Counted from the first letter of the stretch, positions 36,679 to 46,633 are shown. The stretch: DNA of 64,000 bases from Nitrospinales bacterium (GCA_965223345.1 CBDCWG010000012.1:1088001-1152000); one strand, 5' to 3'. The notes: generated from the letters alone by a model not told the origin. Made by a program: numbers and translations.

Positions 36679-38742
36679 ATGACTGAAGAATCGCAATCGT
36701 TTGAACCGGTGCTCTATCCCGAAGCGCCGAGACCCGGAGAGCAAGCTGCGGAGGACATGACGCAGCGGGCGCTGCTGCAGGCGATCGAGCTGGCCAAGGT
36801 GCACCGGCAGCTGGAAATCGACCGGCAGGAGTTGCAGATTGCGGAAGAAAAGATCAAAAGCCTCGCGAAATTCCCCTCGGAAAATCCCAATCCGATTCTG
36901 CGGATCGGACAGGGCGGAAAACTGCTGTACGCCAACCCACCGGCTTTGTCGCTGCTGAGAAAAACCGGCGCGATTCTCGATGATACGGTGACGTTCGAAT
37001 TCGGCGAACTGGCGAGGAAAAGCCTGGCGGAAAAATCCCATCAGGAACTCGAGGTGCAGGTTTCGGACAAAATCTTTTCGCTGGAATTCACGCCCATCGA
37101 AGGCGAAGGCTACGTGAATGTCTATGGACACGACATCACCAAAAGCAAAAATGCCGAGATCGAGTTGTCCATCCAGTACGAACTCGTGAAGATCTTTGCG
37201 GAGTCGGAGTGCCTGGACGAGGCGATGCCGAAAATCCTGCAAACGGTCGGTGAGTTTTTGCAGTGGGATTTGAGTTTCTTTTGGGAACGCAAACCCGATA
37301 CCCAGGTGCTCCGCTGCCGTTCCGGCTGGAATTCGAAGAGCATTGCCGATCTGGACAGCTGGAAGGAGTTCGAGCGGGTGTCGTTGGAAACGGAGTTCGA
37401 AAAGGGCAAGGGGCTTCCCGGACGCATCTGGTCCCAGATGCAGCCCGCCTGGATTCCGGACATCAGCCAGGATGCGAACTTCCCGCGCGCCCCGCATGCC
37501 GATCAACTGGATCTTTGCTCGGGTTATGGTTTCCCCATCTTCTCCAAAACGGGATTTTTTGGCGTGATCGAATTTTTCACGCGCAGGGTCTCGCAGAAAG
37601 AGAGCCCGCATTTCCAGTTCCTGGCGAACCTCGGTTGTCAGATCGGTCAGTTTGCCGAAAGAAAAATCGCACAGGGGGCGGTTCTGACCGAGCGGAAAAA
37701 CCTGTATGCAATGCTGAACAATCTTGCGGTCAGCATGCACGTGGAATCCGGGGACGGGTCGATCCGTTTTGCCAACAAGAAATTCCGGGAAAAGTTCGGC
37801 GACCCGGACCGTCCCGCTTGCCGGGACATGCTGAAGAACCGGTCTCCCCTCGAAGGGGGCTCTTCCCTGCTCGATGCGTTTTCGACGGAAAACCGGTCGT
37901 CCCTGATCTGGAAGGGACCCAATGACTCGGTTTACCTTTCCCTGCAAACCGAGTTTCAGGATCTGGACGGTTCGCCGCTCAACCTGGAAACCTCCATCGA
38001 CATGACCCGGCAGATTCGGGCGGAGAAGCAGCTGCGGGTGTACGCGCGAAAACTGGAGCGCAGCAACAACGAGCTGGAGGATTTCGCATCGATCGCGTCG
38101 CACGATCTCAAGGAACCGTTGAGAAAGATCGTGACGCTGGGTGAGATGCTGAAGGATAAATCCGCCGATCTCGATCCTGTGATCGACGATTGCGTGAACC
38201 GCATGCAGAATGCGGCCAGCCGCATGACCACCTTGATCGAGGATCTCCTGCAATACGCCTGCGTGACCGAGAATCCGGCGCAGACGGAAATGGTGGATCT
38301 CGGCAAGATCGTCGAGCAGGTGCTGGAGACGTTGGAGGTGGCGCTGAAAAAGAGCGGCGGGCAGGTGCATGTGGAAAACCTGCCGACCTTGGAAGTGGAC
38401 CCCACGCAGATGCGGCAACTGCTGCAGAACCTGATCGGCAATGCTCTCAAATACCACCATCCGGAAACGGCGCCCTCCATCCACCTGCGCGGTGTTTGCG
38501 ACGGTGAGGGCGGCTGGGAAATTCAGGTGCAGGATAACGGCATCGGTTTCGAGCAAAAATACGCCGAACGCGTGTTGAAACCGTTCGAGCGGCTGCACGG
38601 CAGGAGCGCCTACGAAGGCAGCGGCATGGGGCTCGCGATCTGCAATAAAATCGTCGCCCGCCACCACGGAACCCTGCGCCTTGAAAGCGAGCCGAAAAAA
38701 GGCTGCAAGGTCATTCTCACCCTTCCCGAAAAACAGCCCTGA
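36679..38742 (+). CDS. PAS/GAF sensor histidine kinase (no adjacent response regulator)
   Basis: FPSENPNPI PAS, GKGLPGRIW GAF, ASHDLKEPL H-box, NLIGNALKY, DNGIG, GSGMGL; start at ATG 36679. Confidence 0.92.
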   Translation: MTEESQSFEPVLYPEAPRPGEQAAEDMTQRALLQAIELAKVHRQLEIDRQELQIAEEKIKSLAKFPSENPNPILRIGQGGKLLYANPPALSLLRKTGAILDDTVTFEFGELARKSLAEKSHQELEVQVSDKIFSLEFTPIEGEGYVNVYGHDITKSKNAEIELSIQYELVKIFAESECLDEAMPKILQTVGEFLQWDLSFFWERKPDTQVLRCRSGWNSKSIADLDSWKEFERVSLETEFEKGKGLPGRIWSQMQPAWIPDISQDANFPRAPHADQLDLCSGYGFPIFSKTGFFGVIEFFTRRVSQKESPHFQFLANLGCQIGQFAERKIAQGAVLTERKNLYAMLNNLAVSMHVESGDGSIRFANKKFREKFGDPDRPACRDMLKNRSPLEGGSSLLDAFSTENRSSLIWKGPNDSVYLSLQTEFQDLDGSPLNLETSIDMTRQIRAEKQLRVYARKLERSNNELEDFASIASHDLKEPLRKIVTLGEMLKDKSADLDPVIDDCVNRMQNAASRMTTLIEDLLQYACVTENPAQTEMVDLGKIVEQVLETLEVALKKSGGQVHVENLPTLEVDPTQMRQLLQNLIGNALKYHHPETAPSIHLRGVCDGEGGWEIQVQDNGIGFEQKYAERVLKPFERLHGRSAYEGSGMGLAICNKIVARHHGTLRLESEPKKGCKVILTLPEKQP

Positions 38743-38824
38743 CGCTCGACCGTTTTTCAAGCCAGTTCCGCCCCGTTGTCAGTGCCATCCGGGGCGACCT
38801 CACGATTCGCATTGCAACTAAAAC

Positions 38825-39661
38825 TCAGGAAACGATATTAAGAAGAGCGCCGCGTCGGGGCGGTGGTTCGGACTGAAAGTTTGCGATCAGCTGCAAGGCG
38901 CGCCGGTTTTCACCCGCGCCGGTGGGTTGCGAGGCATTGGTCTCTTGCGGGTTGTCGGCATCGCCAGCGGATGCACTCGATGACGCATCGGCGGGCGGGG
39001 TTTGTCGGCCCACAGCGGCAACGCCGTTGGCGGCGTTGCCGAAACCCCCCGCTGCCTGGGTTTCCTCTCTTTTTTGTGCCTGCAACTCCCTGCGGGCTTC
39101 GGCTTCCATCTGCGCGGCCTGGGCGGCGATCTGGCGATCCTGAGCCGAGGGATTTTTCGGAGCGTTAGCAGCCCGCTTGATGGTCTGGGCTTTGACCAGG
39201 GTGGCTCTGGGATTGCCCGGAACTTTGGAGGTGTCGATCTGCACCTCGCCGCCGATCGCGTAGCGTCGGCCGTCCGGCCCGGTCTGGTATTCGTAGGTGG
39301 GCGGCCCTTTGGCGTACGGTCCGGCGGCGGCTTTGTGGGCCTGCTCGTGCGACCGCACTTCCCGGTCGCGCGAGCGCAGCTGATCCAGAAGCTGCTTTTC
39401 TTCCGGAGTCAGCTCGGTTTCGGTGCGCGGGCGGGCCCGGTTCGCTGCTTTTTCAGAAGACGCCGCTTCGGCGGGCCGGTCTGCTGAAGCCGTTTCGCCG
39501 TTTTCTCCGGCAAGCGCGCTGCCCTTTTGCGAAAGGCTGACCCGGTCCTGCACCCGGCCCGGGTCGCCATTCGGGTTGTTCCTGTCCTCTTCGCATTCGG
39601 CGCAGGGTTTCTCCCGGCCCGTCAGAGTGTGGGTGGCGCCCTGGATGATTTCGATCTTCAT
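38825..39661 (-). CDS. SprA-related (CJM1_0395-type putative metalloprotease) protein
   Basis: RDREVRSHEQAH, YQTGPDGRRYAIGGEV and APKNPSAQD motifs; probable ATG 39661. Confidence 0.85.
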   Translation of the reverse strand: MKIEIIQGATHTLTGREKPCAECEEDRNNPNGDPGRVQDRVSLSQKGSALAGENGETASADRPAEAASSEKAANRARPRTETELTPEEKQLLDQLRSRDREVRSHEQAHKAAAGPYAKGPPTYEYQTGPDGRRYAIGGEVQIDTSKVPGNPRATLVKAQTIKRAANAPKNPSAQDRQIAAQAAQMEAEARRELQAQKREETQAAGGFGNAANGVAAVGRQTPPADASSSASAGDADNPQETNASQPTGAGENRRALQLIANFQSEPPPRRGALLNIVS

Positions 39662-39795
39662 AATGGGGGTCCGGCCCGTTTTGGCAAGTTCTTTTGGAGC
39701 CCAAATATCCTGATCTCCTTTTCGGAGGGAAAGGCTTGCACTTGAGCGAAAATCCCTCAAAATCCGGTCGATACCGTGCCGCAACGCCCGGCGTT

Positions 39796-39859
39796 GTGAC
39801 GCAAAATTTTTACAAGGCTAACGCGAATCTAACCCATCCCTCGATTTCAGGCTTATAAT
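39796..39859 (+). promoter_or_regulatory. Pho-box-like repeats and -10 element upstream of phoB
   Basis: CTAAC at 39818 and 39829 (11-bp period); TATAAT at 39854. Confidence 0.55.
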
Positions 39860-39891
39860 GAAGCGCAAACAATCGAAGGAGGCAAAGCGAT

Positions 39892-40578
39892 ATGGCCGGC
39901 GAAAATATCCTCGTCGTCGAAGATGAAAAAGACATTCAGGAACTGGTGCAATACAATCTCACCAAGGAGAACTACAAGGTCCGCTGCGTTCCCTGCGGCG
40001 AGGACGCCCTTAAGGCCGTGAAAGCCGAGGCTCCGGATCTGATGGTGCTGGATCTCATGCTGCCCGGTGTGGACGGGCTCGAAGTCTGCCGGCGCATCAA
40101 ACAGGATCCGGAAACGGAGCGGATTCCCATCGTCATGCTGACCGCCAAAGGGGAGGAATCGGACATCGTGGCGGGCCTGGAATTGGGGGCCGACGATTAC
40201 GTGACCAAACCGTTCAGCCTGCGCGTATTCATCACGCGGGTGCGTGCGGTGATCCGCAGGAAGAACAGCGGCGAGCGGGATCCGCAGGAGGTTTTGAAAT
40301 TTCCGGACCTGGAAATTCATCCCGGCCGTCACGAGGTGCGGGTGCAGGGCAAAACGGTCGATCTGACCTACACCGAGTTCGGCATCCTGCAGTTTCTGGC
40401 AGGCAGGCCGGGATGGGTGTTCACGCGCTACCAGATCGTCGAGGCGGTGCGCGGTGAAGACTACGCGGTCACCGACCGTTCGGTGGATTTTCAGATCGTC
40501 GGTCTGCGCAAAAAACTGGGACCCGCTTCGGGGCGCATCGAAACGGTTCGGGGAGTGGGTTACCGGTTCAAGGAATAA
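39892..40578 (+). CDS. phoB: OmpR-family phosphate-regulon response regulator
   Basis: REC domain (DLMLP) plus wHTH (ETVRGVGY); paired with PhoR and near the pst genes. Confidence 0.85.
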   Translation: MAGENILVVEDEKDIQELVQYNLTKENYKVRCVPCGEDALKAVKAEAPDLMVLDLMLPGVDGLEVCRRIKQDPETERIPIVMLTAKGEESDIVAGLELGADDYVTKPFSLRVFITRVRAVIRRKNSGERDPQEVLKFPDLEIHPGRHEVRVQGKTVDLTYTEFGILQFLAGRPGWVFTRYQIVEAVRGEDYAVTDRSVDFQIVGLRKKLGPASGRIETVRGVGYRFKE

Positions 40579-40580
40579 TC

Positions 40581-42356
40581 ATGCCGGGTAAAAGGCTTCT
40601 GTGGCAGTTGTATCCCACCTATCTGTTGATCACCCTCGCCGCTCTCGTCGCGGTCGGCTGGTATTCCATCGAATCCCTGAAAGAATTCTACTACGACCGC
40701 ACGCGCGCGGATCTCAAGGCGCGGGCGCGCCTGGTGGTGCACCAGGTGCAGGCCGATTTCACCGCGGGAAATTTTAAAGAGCACGTCGCCCTCACCCGGG
40801 AGCTGGGTTCGCACGGTTCCATGCGCGTTACGCTCATGCTGGCTTCCGGAACCGTGCTGGGGGATTCGCATGAAGACCCCTCCCGCATGGACAACCACGC
40901 GTCCCGGCCCGAGATGCAGGAAGCACTCGCAGGCCGGACCGGCACCTCCATTCGCTTCAGCAACACGCTCAAGCAAAAAATGCTTTACCTCGCGGTTCCG
41001 GTGCTCGACCGGGTCAACGTGGTGGGCGTGGTGCGGACGTCGATGGCCACCGAATTCATCGACCGGGAGCTGGAGTCCATCGAGATGCGGATCGCCCTGG
41101 GCGGTCTGCTGGTGGCGTTGCTGGCGGCGGGGCTCAGTTACGCGGTGTCGCGGCGGATCAGCCGGCCGCTGGAAGCCATGACGCGGCTGGCGGGCAAGTA
41201 CGCGAAAGGCGATCTGTCCCGCCGGGTGGATGCGGCCCAGACCCTGGAGATCGACGATCTCGGAGCCGCCCTGAACCAGATGGCGCGGCAGCTGGACGAG
41301 CGCATCCGCACGGTCACCGCCGAACGCAACGAGCGCGAGGCGATGCTGTTCAGCATGATGGAAGGCGTGCTCGCCGTCGATGCGGAGGAGCGCTTCATTA
41401 GCATGAACCAGGCGGCGGCGAAGCTGATCGGAGCGGATCCGGGAGACTTTCACGGGCGGCATTTGCAGGAAGTGGTGCGGAACACGGACCTCAAGCAGTT
41501 CGTGCGCAAGGCCCTGAATAGCCGCGAGGTGGTGGAGACGGACATCGTCCTGGCCAGCGCCGAGGAATTCTGCCTGCAGGCGCGGGGGACGGTTCTGAAA
41601 GATGAAAAGGACCGCTCCATCGGCGCGGTGATCGTGCTCAATGATGTCACGCGGCTGCGCCGGCTGGAAAACATCCGCAAGGATTTCGTCGCCAACGTGT
41701 CGCACGAATTGAAAACCCCCATCACCGCCATTCAGGGATTCGTGGAAACGCTGCAGGAAGGCGCGATCCACGATCCCAAGAATGCGGCCTCGTTTCTCGA
41801 CATCATCTCCCGGCAGGTGGACCGGCTCAACGCCATCATCGAAGACCTGTTGAGCCTGTCGCGTCTGGAGCAGGACCCGGAACAATCGGAAATCGTGTTC
41901 GAGGAGGTGCGGCTGAAAGGCCTGATCGACGCCGCCGTGCAGGCCTGCCAGTCCAAAGCGGAAAAGCACAACACGCGCATCGAGGTGGCCTGCGATGATG
42001 CGCTGCGCGCCCCCCGCGTCAACTGGCCGCTGCTGGAGCAGGCGGTCGTCAATCTGGTGGACAACGCGATCAAGTACAGCGAGCCGGGATCGCGGGTCGA
42101 GGTGTCTGCGCGCAAAGAAGAAGCGGAGCTTGTGATCCGGGTTCAGGACGAAGGCCGGGGCATCGGCATCGAGCACCTGCCGCGGATCTTCGAGCGGTTT
42201 TACCGGGTGGACAAGGCCCGCAGCCGGGAAATGGGCGGCACCGGGCTGGGGCTCTCCATCGTCAAGCACATCGCCCAGGTGCACAAAGGCTCGGTGAACG
42301 TGCAGAGCGCCCTGGGAAAAGGCAGCACGTTCTCCATCCACCTGCCCCTGGGCTGA
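40581..42356 (+). CDS. phoR: Phosphate-regulon sensor kinase
   Basis: DFVANVSHELKTP, RIFERFYRVDKARSREMGGTGLGL; HAMP and PAS segments. Confidence 0.88.
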   Translation: MPGKRLLWQLYPTYLLITLAALVAVGWYSIESLKEFYYDRTRADLKARARLVVHQVQADFTAGNFKEHVALTRELGSHGSMRVTLMLASGTVLGDSHEDPSRMDNHASRPEMQEALAGRTGTSIRFSNTLKQKMLYLAVPVLDRVNVVGVVRTSMATEFIDRELESIEMRIALGGLLVALLAAGLSYAVSRRISRPLEAMTRLAGKYAKGDLSRRVDAAQTLEIDDLGAALNQMARQLDERIRTVTAERNEREAMLFSMMEGVLAVDAEERFISMNQAAAKLIGADPGDFHGRHLQEVVRNTDLKQFVRKALNSREVVETDIVLASAEEFCLQARGTVLKDEKDRSIGAVIVLNDVTRLRRLENIRKDFVANVSHELKTPITAIQGFVETLQEGAIHDPKNAASFLDIISRQVDRLNAIIEDLLSLSRLEQDPEQSEIVFEEVRLKGLIDAAVQACQSKAEKHNTRIEVACDDALRAPRVNWPLLEQAVVNLVDNAIKYSEPGSRVEVSARKEEAELVIRVQDEGRGIGIEHLPRIFERFYRVDKARSREMGGTGLGLSIVKHIAQVHKGSVNVQSALGKGSTFSIHLPLG

Positions 42357-42422
42357 CCCTTGCCGATTTTCCGGCGTTCCCGCGCCGGTTTTTTTCCTTT
42401 TCCAACCTCACAGAGCCGGAAC

Positions 42423-42485
42423 TTGACAACTCGTTATATTTTTTGCTATATAACTGAAGATCGCTATATACCGAAAAATATAGGG
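42423..42485 (+). promoter_or_regulatory. Two tandem ModE-like operators overlapping the modA promoter
   Basis: CGTTATATT-N6-TATATAACT (42432-42455) and ATCGCTATATA-N6-AATATAGGG (42460-42485), next to TTGACA at 42423. Confidence 0.75.
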
Positions 42486-42522
42486 CCCCGGTCGTCGAGC
42501 GGGAAGCCCGTGAGGAGGGTGC

Positions 42523-43302
42523 ATGACGCTGCGAATGGGGGGCGAACGGGGGACCCGTTGGGGCCTTTTTTTTATCGCCTGCCTGCTGTTTCCCGGCCGT
42601 GCGGGGGCGGCGGAGGTGAACGCCGCCGTGGCCGCGAATTTTCTGCTGCCGCTGCAGTCGATCGCGCCGGCATTCGAGCAGGAAACCGGGCACCGGCTGC
42701 GCATCGTTTCCGGATCGACCGGAAAGCTGTACGCGCAGATCAAGCAGGCGGCCCCGTACGATGTGTTTTTGGCAGCAGACGCCCGGCGTCCGCAGCTGCT
42801 GGTGCAGGAAGGGCAGGCGGTGTCCGGATCGCGCTTCACCTATGCGGTGGGGCGTCTGGTGTTGTGGAGCGCGGACGCGTCCCTCGTTTCCGGGGGGGCG
42901 GAACGGACGCTGAAAAATGCGGCCTTCCGGCATCTGGCGATCGCCAATCCCAAAACCGCGCCTTACGGCCGGGCCGCCCAGGAAGCGCTGGCCAAGCTGG
43001 GGTTGTGGGAAACCCTGCGGCCGCGTCTGGTGCGCGGGGAAAACATCGGCCAGACCTTTCAGTTTGTGGTATCCGGAAATGCAGAGCTGGGGTTTGTGTC
43101 CCTGTCGCAGGTCCACTCGGGCAAATTCGCCAATGCGGGCAGCCGCTGGGCGGTGCCGCCGGATTGGCACGCCCCGCTGTTGCAGGATGCGGTGCTGCTC
43201 GCGCGCGCCGAAGACAACCCCGCCGCTCAGGCCCTGCTGCGGTTTCTAAAAAGTCCCGCAGCGAAAAAGCGCATCGCCGCATTCGGCTACGGGTTCGAAT
43301 GA
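42523..43302 (+). CDS. modA: Molybdate ABC transporter substrate-binding protein
   Basis: AVAANF, SGSTGKLYAQI, IANPKTAPYGRAA and GENIGQT motifs. Confidence 0.95.
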   Translation: MTLRMGGERGTRWGLFFIACLLFPGRAGAAEVNAAVAANFLLPLQSIAPAFEQETGHRLRIVSGSTGKLYAQIKQAAPYDVFLAADARRPQLLVQEGQAVSGSRFTYAVGRLVLWSADASLVSGGAERTLKNAAFRHLAIANPKTAPYGRAAQEALAKLGLWETLRPRLVRGENIGQTFQFVVSGNAELGFVSLSQVHSGKFANAGSRWAVPPDWHAPLLQDAVLLARAEDNPAAQALLRFLKSPAAKKRIAAFGYGFE

Positions 43303-43342
43303 ACAGGACGAAGGGATGGTTTTTGAGGATGGAATTGGAACG

Positions 43343-44047
43343 ATGGAAATGACGACCTCTTTTTTGGAAGCGTGGACCGATTTGGATGCGGCGCCGATCT
43401 GGCTGACCCTTAAGCTGGCGGCGGCCACGGTGGCCGTGCTGCTGGTGCTGGGAACGCCTCTGGCCTGGTGGCTGGCGCACACCCGGTCGCGGCTGCGCAC
43501 CGCCATCGAAGCGGTGGTGGCCCTGCCGCTGGTGCTGCCGCCGACGGTGCTGGGGTTTTACCTGCTGATCGCGCTGGGGCCCAGCGGTTTCATCGGCGGC
43601 GCGGCGCAGGCAGTCACGGGTTCGCCGTTGTCGTTCACCTTCACGGGGCTGGTGATCGCTTCCACGTTGTACTCGCTGCCGTTTGTGGTGCAGCCGCTGC
43701 ACGCGGCGTTCGAAGCGGTGGGGAAAAAACCGCTGGAAACGGCGTGGACGCTCGGCGCGTCGCGCTGGGACGCATTCGTCTCGGTCGCCTCGCCGCTGGC
43801 GCTGCGCGGTTACATCACCGCAGCGGTGCTGGGGTTCGCGCACACGCTGGGCGAGTTCGGCGTGGTGCTGATGGTGGGCGGCAACATTCCCGGCAAGACG
43901 CGGGTGATTTCCATCGCCATCTACGACCGGGTCGAGGTGCTGGAGTACACGCAGGCGCACCTGTTGTCGGCGGGGCTGCTGGTTTTTTCATTCGCGGTGC
44001 TGTGGATCGTGTACGCGATCAACCGCCGGCTTCCCATCCACGTCTGA
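43343..44047 (+). CDS. modB: Molybdate ABC transporter permease
   Basis: LPLVLPPTVLGFYLL and FAHTLGEFGVVLMVGGNIPGKT motifs; exact start uncertain. Confidence 0.95.
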   Translation: MEMTTSFLEAWTDLDAAPIWLTLKLAAATVAVLLVLGTPLAWWLAHTRSRLRTAIEAVVALPLVLPPTVLGFYLLIALGPSGFIGGAAQAVTGSPLSFTFTGLVIASTLYSLPFVVQPLHAAFEAVGKKPLETAWTLGASRWDAFVSVASPLALRGYITAAVLGFAHTLGEFGVVLMVGGNIPGKTRVISIAIYDRVEVLEYTQAHLLSAGLLVFSFAVLWIVYAINRRLPIHV

Positions 44048-45156
44048 TGTCCCGCCTGCGCGCCGTCTTCAAGGTGGATTACGGCCGTTTCGATCTCGAC
44101 GTGGACCTGGAGCTGCCGGGGCAGGGCGTCACCGTGTTGTTCGGCCCCTCGGGTTCGGGCAAGACCACGCTGCTGCGCTGCCTGGCCGGTCTGGAGCGTT
44201 CGCCTAAGGGCACCCTGCGCATGGGCGACGCCGTCTGGCAGGACGCGGCGAACGGCGTGTTCGTCGCGCCGCAGGACCGGCCGCTGGCGATGGTGTTTCA
44301 GGAGCACCGCCTGTTTCCGCACCTGAACGTGCACTCCAACCTGCTGTATGGGTGGAAGCGGACGCCGCCCGGCGAGCGGTGCGTGGACATCGACACGGTG
44401 GTGGACATCCTCGATCTCAAACCGCTGCTCGCACGGCGGCCGCGGTCTCTGTCCGGCGGCGAAGGGCAGCGGGTCGCCATCGGGCGCGCGCTGCTGCGCA
44501 GTCCGCGGCTGTTGCTGATGGACGAACCGCTCGCCTCGCTCGACGCGGTGCGCAAGCGCGAAATCCTGCCCTACATCCGGCGTCTGCAGCAGGCGCTCGA
44601 CCTTCCCATTCTCTACGTCAGCCATTCGATTTCCGAAGTGCTGCAACTGGTGGACACGATGGTGCTGCTCAAGGCGGGACGCGTGGCGGCTTGCGGCCCG
44701 GTGGAATCGGTGTTCTCCCGGCTGGGCCTGCGCGAAAGCCTGGACCCGGCGCTGGTGGGGGCGGTGCTCGACACGCAGATCGAGGCGCACGAGCCGGAGT
44801 TCGGTCTCACGCGGCTCAAGTTCGGGGATCGGGTGCTGTACGTTCCGCACCAGTCCGGTGAGCCCGGAGACGCGCTGCGGCTGCACCTGCACGCCAGCGA
44901 TGTGAGCCTGGTCCTCACCCCGCCCGAAGGACAAACCAGCGTGCTCAATGTTTTGCCGGCGCGGGTGCTGGAAGTGGGACCGCTCGATACAGCGGGATTC
45001 TCGGTGGACATCCGGCTGGATGTGGGGCAGCCCATCCTCGCGAGCATCACGCGCAAATCGCTCGACCGTTTGCAACTGAAGGCGGGGCAGACGGTGTACG
45101 CGCAGATCAAGGCCCTCAAGACCGTGCACGATGCAGAAGAAAGGATCTGGGAATGA
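44047..45156 (+). CDS. modC: Molybdate ABC transporter ATPase with C-terminal TOBE/Mop domain
   Basis: TGATG overlap with mod[27 protein letters not shown]...VYAQIK. Confidence 0.95.
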   Translation: MSRLRAVFKVDYGRFDLDVDLELPGQGVTVLFGPSGSGKTTLLRCLAGLERSPKGTLRMGDAVWQDAANGVFVAPQDRPLAMVFQEHRLFPHLNVHSNLLYGWKRTPPGERCVDIDTVVDILDLKPLLARRPRSLSGGEGQRVAIGRALLRSPRLLLMDEPLASLDAVRKREILPYIRRLQQALDLPILYVSHSISEVLQLVDTMVLLKAGRVAACGPVESVFSRLGLRESLDPALVGAVLDTQIEAHEPEFGLTRLKFGDRVLYVPHQSGEPGDALRLHLHASDVSLVLTPPEGQTSVLNVLPARVLEVGPLDTAGFSVDIRLDVGQPILASITRKSLDRLQLKAGQTVYAQIKALKTVHDAEERIWE

Positions 45157-45220
45157 GAACACCGATCGCAGATCTTGTTTTCATGACGTGCGGTACAAAC
45201 CAAAACGGAAGGGATGCGGC

Positions 45221-46489
45221 ATGAATCGCACTGTGAAGGCACTCATCTTTGGGTTATTGATTTTATTTGCATTTAGCTTTTTCCCGGTTGCTCAAAGCAG
45301 TGCGGAGTCCTCTGAAGAAACGCGGCAGCGCCTGGAGGTTCTGGAAAAAAAATGGCAAGAGCGGGAAAACGACCTACGGGTCTATTTCAAAGACGGCCTC
45401 AAGATCGTGTCTCCCGATAAAAAGTTTCAATACCAGATCGGCGGCCGCATCCAGACCGACGTGGCGTTTTACGCCTCGGGTTCTTCCGCCGACCGGCCGG
45501 AAAACGGCGCGGAGTTCCGGCGCGCCCGGCTTTTCCTGGCGGGCATTCTGTACCGGCGCATCCAGTTCAAGGCGCAGTTCGATTTTGCCGGCCAGACGAG
45601 CTTCAAGGATGTGTACATCGGGGTGACCGAACTGCCGCTGGTGGGGAATTTTATCGCCGGTCATTTCCGCGAACCGTTCTCTCTGGAAGAGATGATCAGC
45701 AGCAAGTACGACACGTTCATGGAGGATTCCCTGATGAACGCGCTGATTCCCGGGCGCAACCTGGGGCTGGCGTTTTACGGTTCGGCGCTGCAAGGGCGGG
45801 CGACGTGGGCGATCGGGCTGTTCCGCCCCACCGGGGAAAACCCGCCGCGCATCGAGAGCGACGACGGCGCCAACCTGACCCTGCGCCTCACGGGGGTTCC
45901 CTGGCAACAGGATGCAGGGCGGCTTGTGCATCTGGGCCTTTCCTACAGCTACAGCACGCCCTCCGAATCGACGTTTCAGTTTGACTCCAGGCCGGAATCC
46001 AATCTGGCCGATAATTTTCTTGATACCGGGGGCGTTTCGGCCGAAAATGCCCATCGTTTCGGCTTCGAAACGGCGGCGGTCTGGGAATCGCTGCACGTGG
46101 CAGCGGAATACACCTTCCTGACCGTTCAGCGGCCTGCCGGACTTTCCGACGTGGATCTCAAGGGCGGTTACGTATCGGCCGGTTACTTTCTCACCGGTGA
46201 GCGCCGCCCCTACAAGAGCGGGGTGTTTCGCCGCGTGGTCCCGCGCCGCAACGTGTTCGAGGGAGGCCGCGGAGCCTGGGAACTGGCGCTGCGCTACTCC
46301 TTTCTCGATTTGAACGACGCCACGGTGCGCGGCGGGGAGGAAGAGGATGTCACCGCTGCTCTCAACTGGTATCTGAACCCCCACACCCGGGCGATGTTCA
46401 ATTACGTCCTCGCGGACATCGAAGGAGCGGGTGGCGCGGATTTCCAACCCCTGCATGTGTTTCAGCTGCGTTTTCAGATCGATTTTTAA
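45221..46489 (+). CDS. OprO/OprP-family anion-selective porin
   Basis: Signal peptide; GGRIQTD, EFRRARL, GYFLTGE.RPY, GAWELALRYS, LNWYLNP; terminal RFQIDF. Confidence 0.88.
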   Translation: MNRTVKALIFGLLILFAFSFFPVAQSSAESSEETRQRLEVLEKKWQERENDLRVYFKDGLKIVSPDKKFQYQIGGRIQTDVAFYASGSSADRPENGAEFRRARLFLAGILYRRIQFKAQFDFAGQTSFKDVYIGVTELPLVGNFIAGHFREPFSLEEMISSKYDTFMEDSLMNALIPGRNLGLAFYGSALQGRATWAIGLFRPTGENPPRIESDDGANLTLRLTGVPWQQDAGRLVHLGLSYSYSTPSESTFQFDSRPESNLADNFLDTGGVSAENAHRFGFETAAVWESLHVAAEYTFLTVQRPAGLSDVDLKGGYVSAGYFLTGERRPYKSGVFRRVVPRRNVFEGGRGAWELALRYSFLDLNDATVRGGEEEDVTAALNWYLNPHTRAMFNYVLADIEGAGGADFQPLHVFQLRFQIDF

Positions 46490-46579
46490 CCCCTCGTGCC
46501 TGTACGGATGCAACCTCACCCCTGAGCCTGTCCAGTGCATTACTTTTCAATTATTTCCTCATCTCAGCAACACGCCCAA

Positions 46580-46633
46580 ATAATCTTCTCCTATTTGGTC
46601 CCTAATACTTCTCTAACAATCCATGCCTATTGT
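46580..46633 (+). promoter_or_regulatory. Pho-box-like tandem repeats upstream of porin
   Basis: ATAAT(46580)-CTATT(46591)-CTAAT(46602)-CTAAC(46613), exact 11-bp period; TATTGT at 46628. Confidence 0.65.

Noticed and set aside
36129..39800. Prophage or integrative element at tRNA-Asp
   Set aside because: No integrase and no duplicated tRNA 3' end seen; flanking genes are ordinary.
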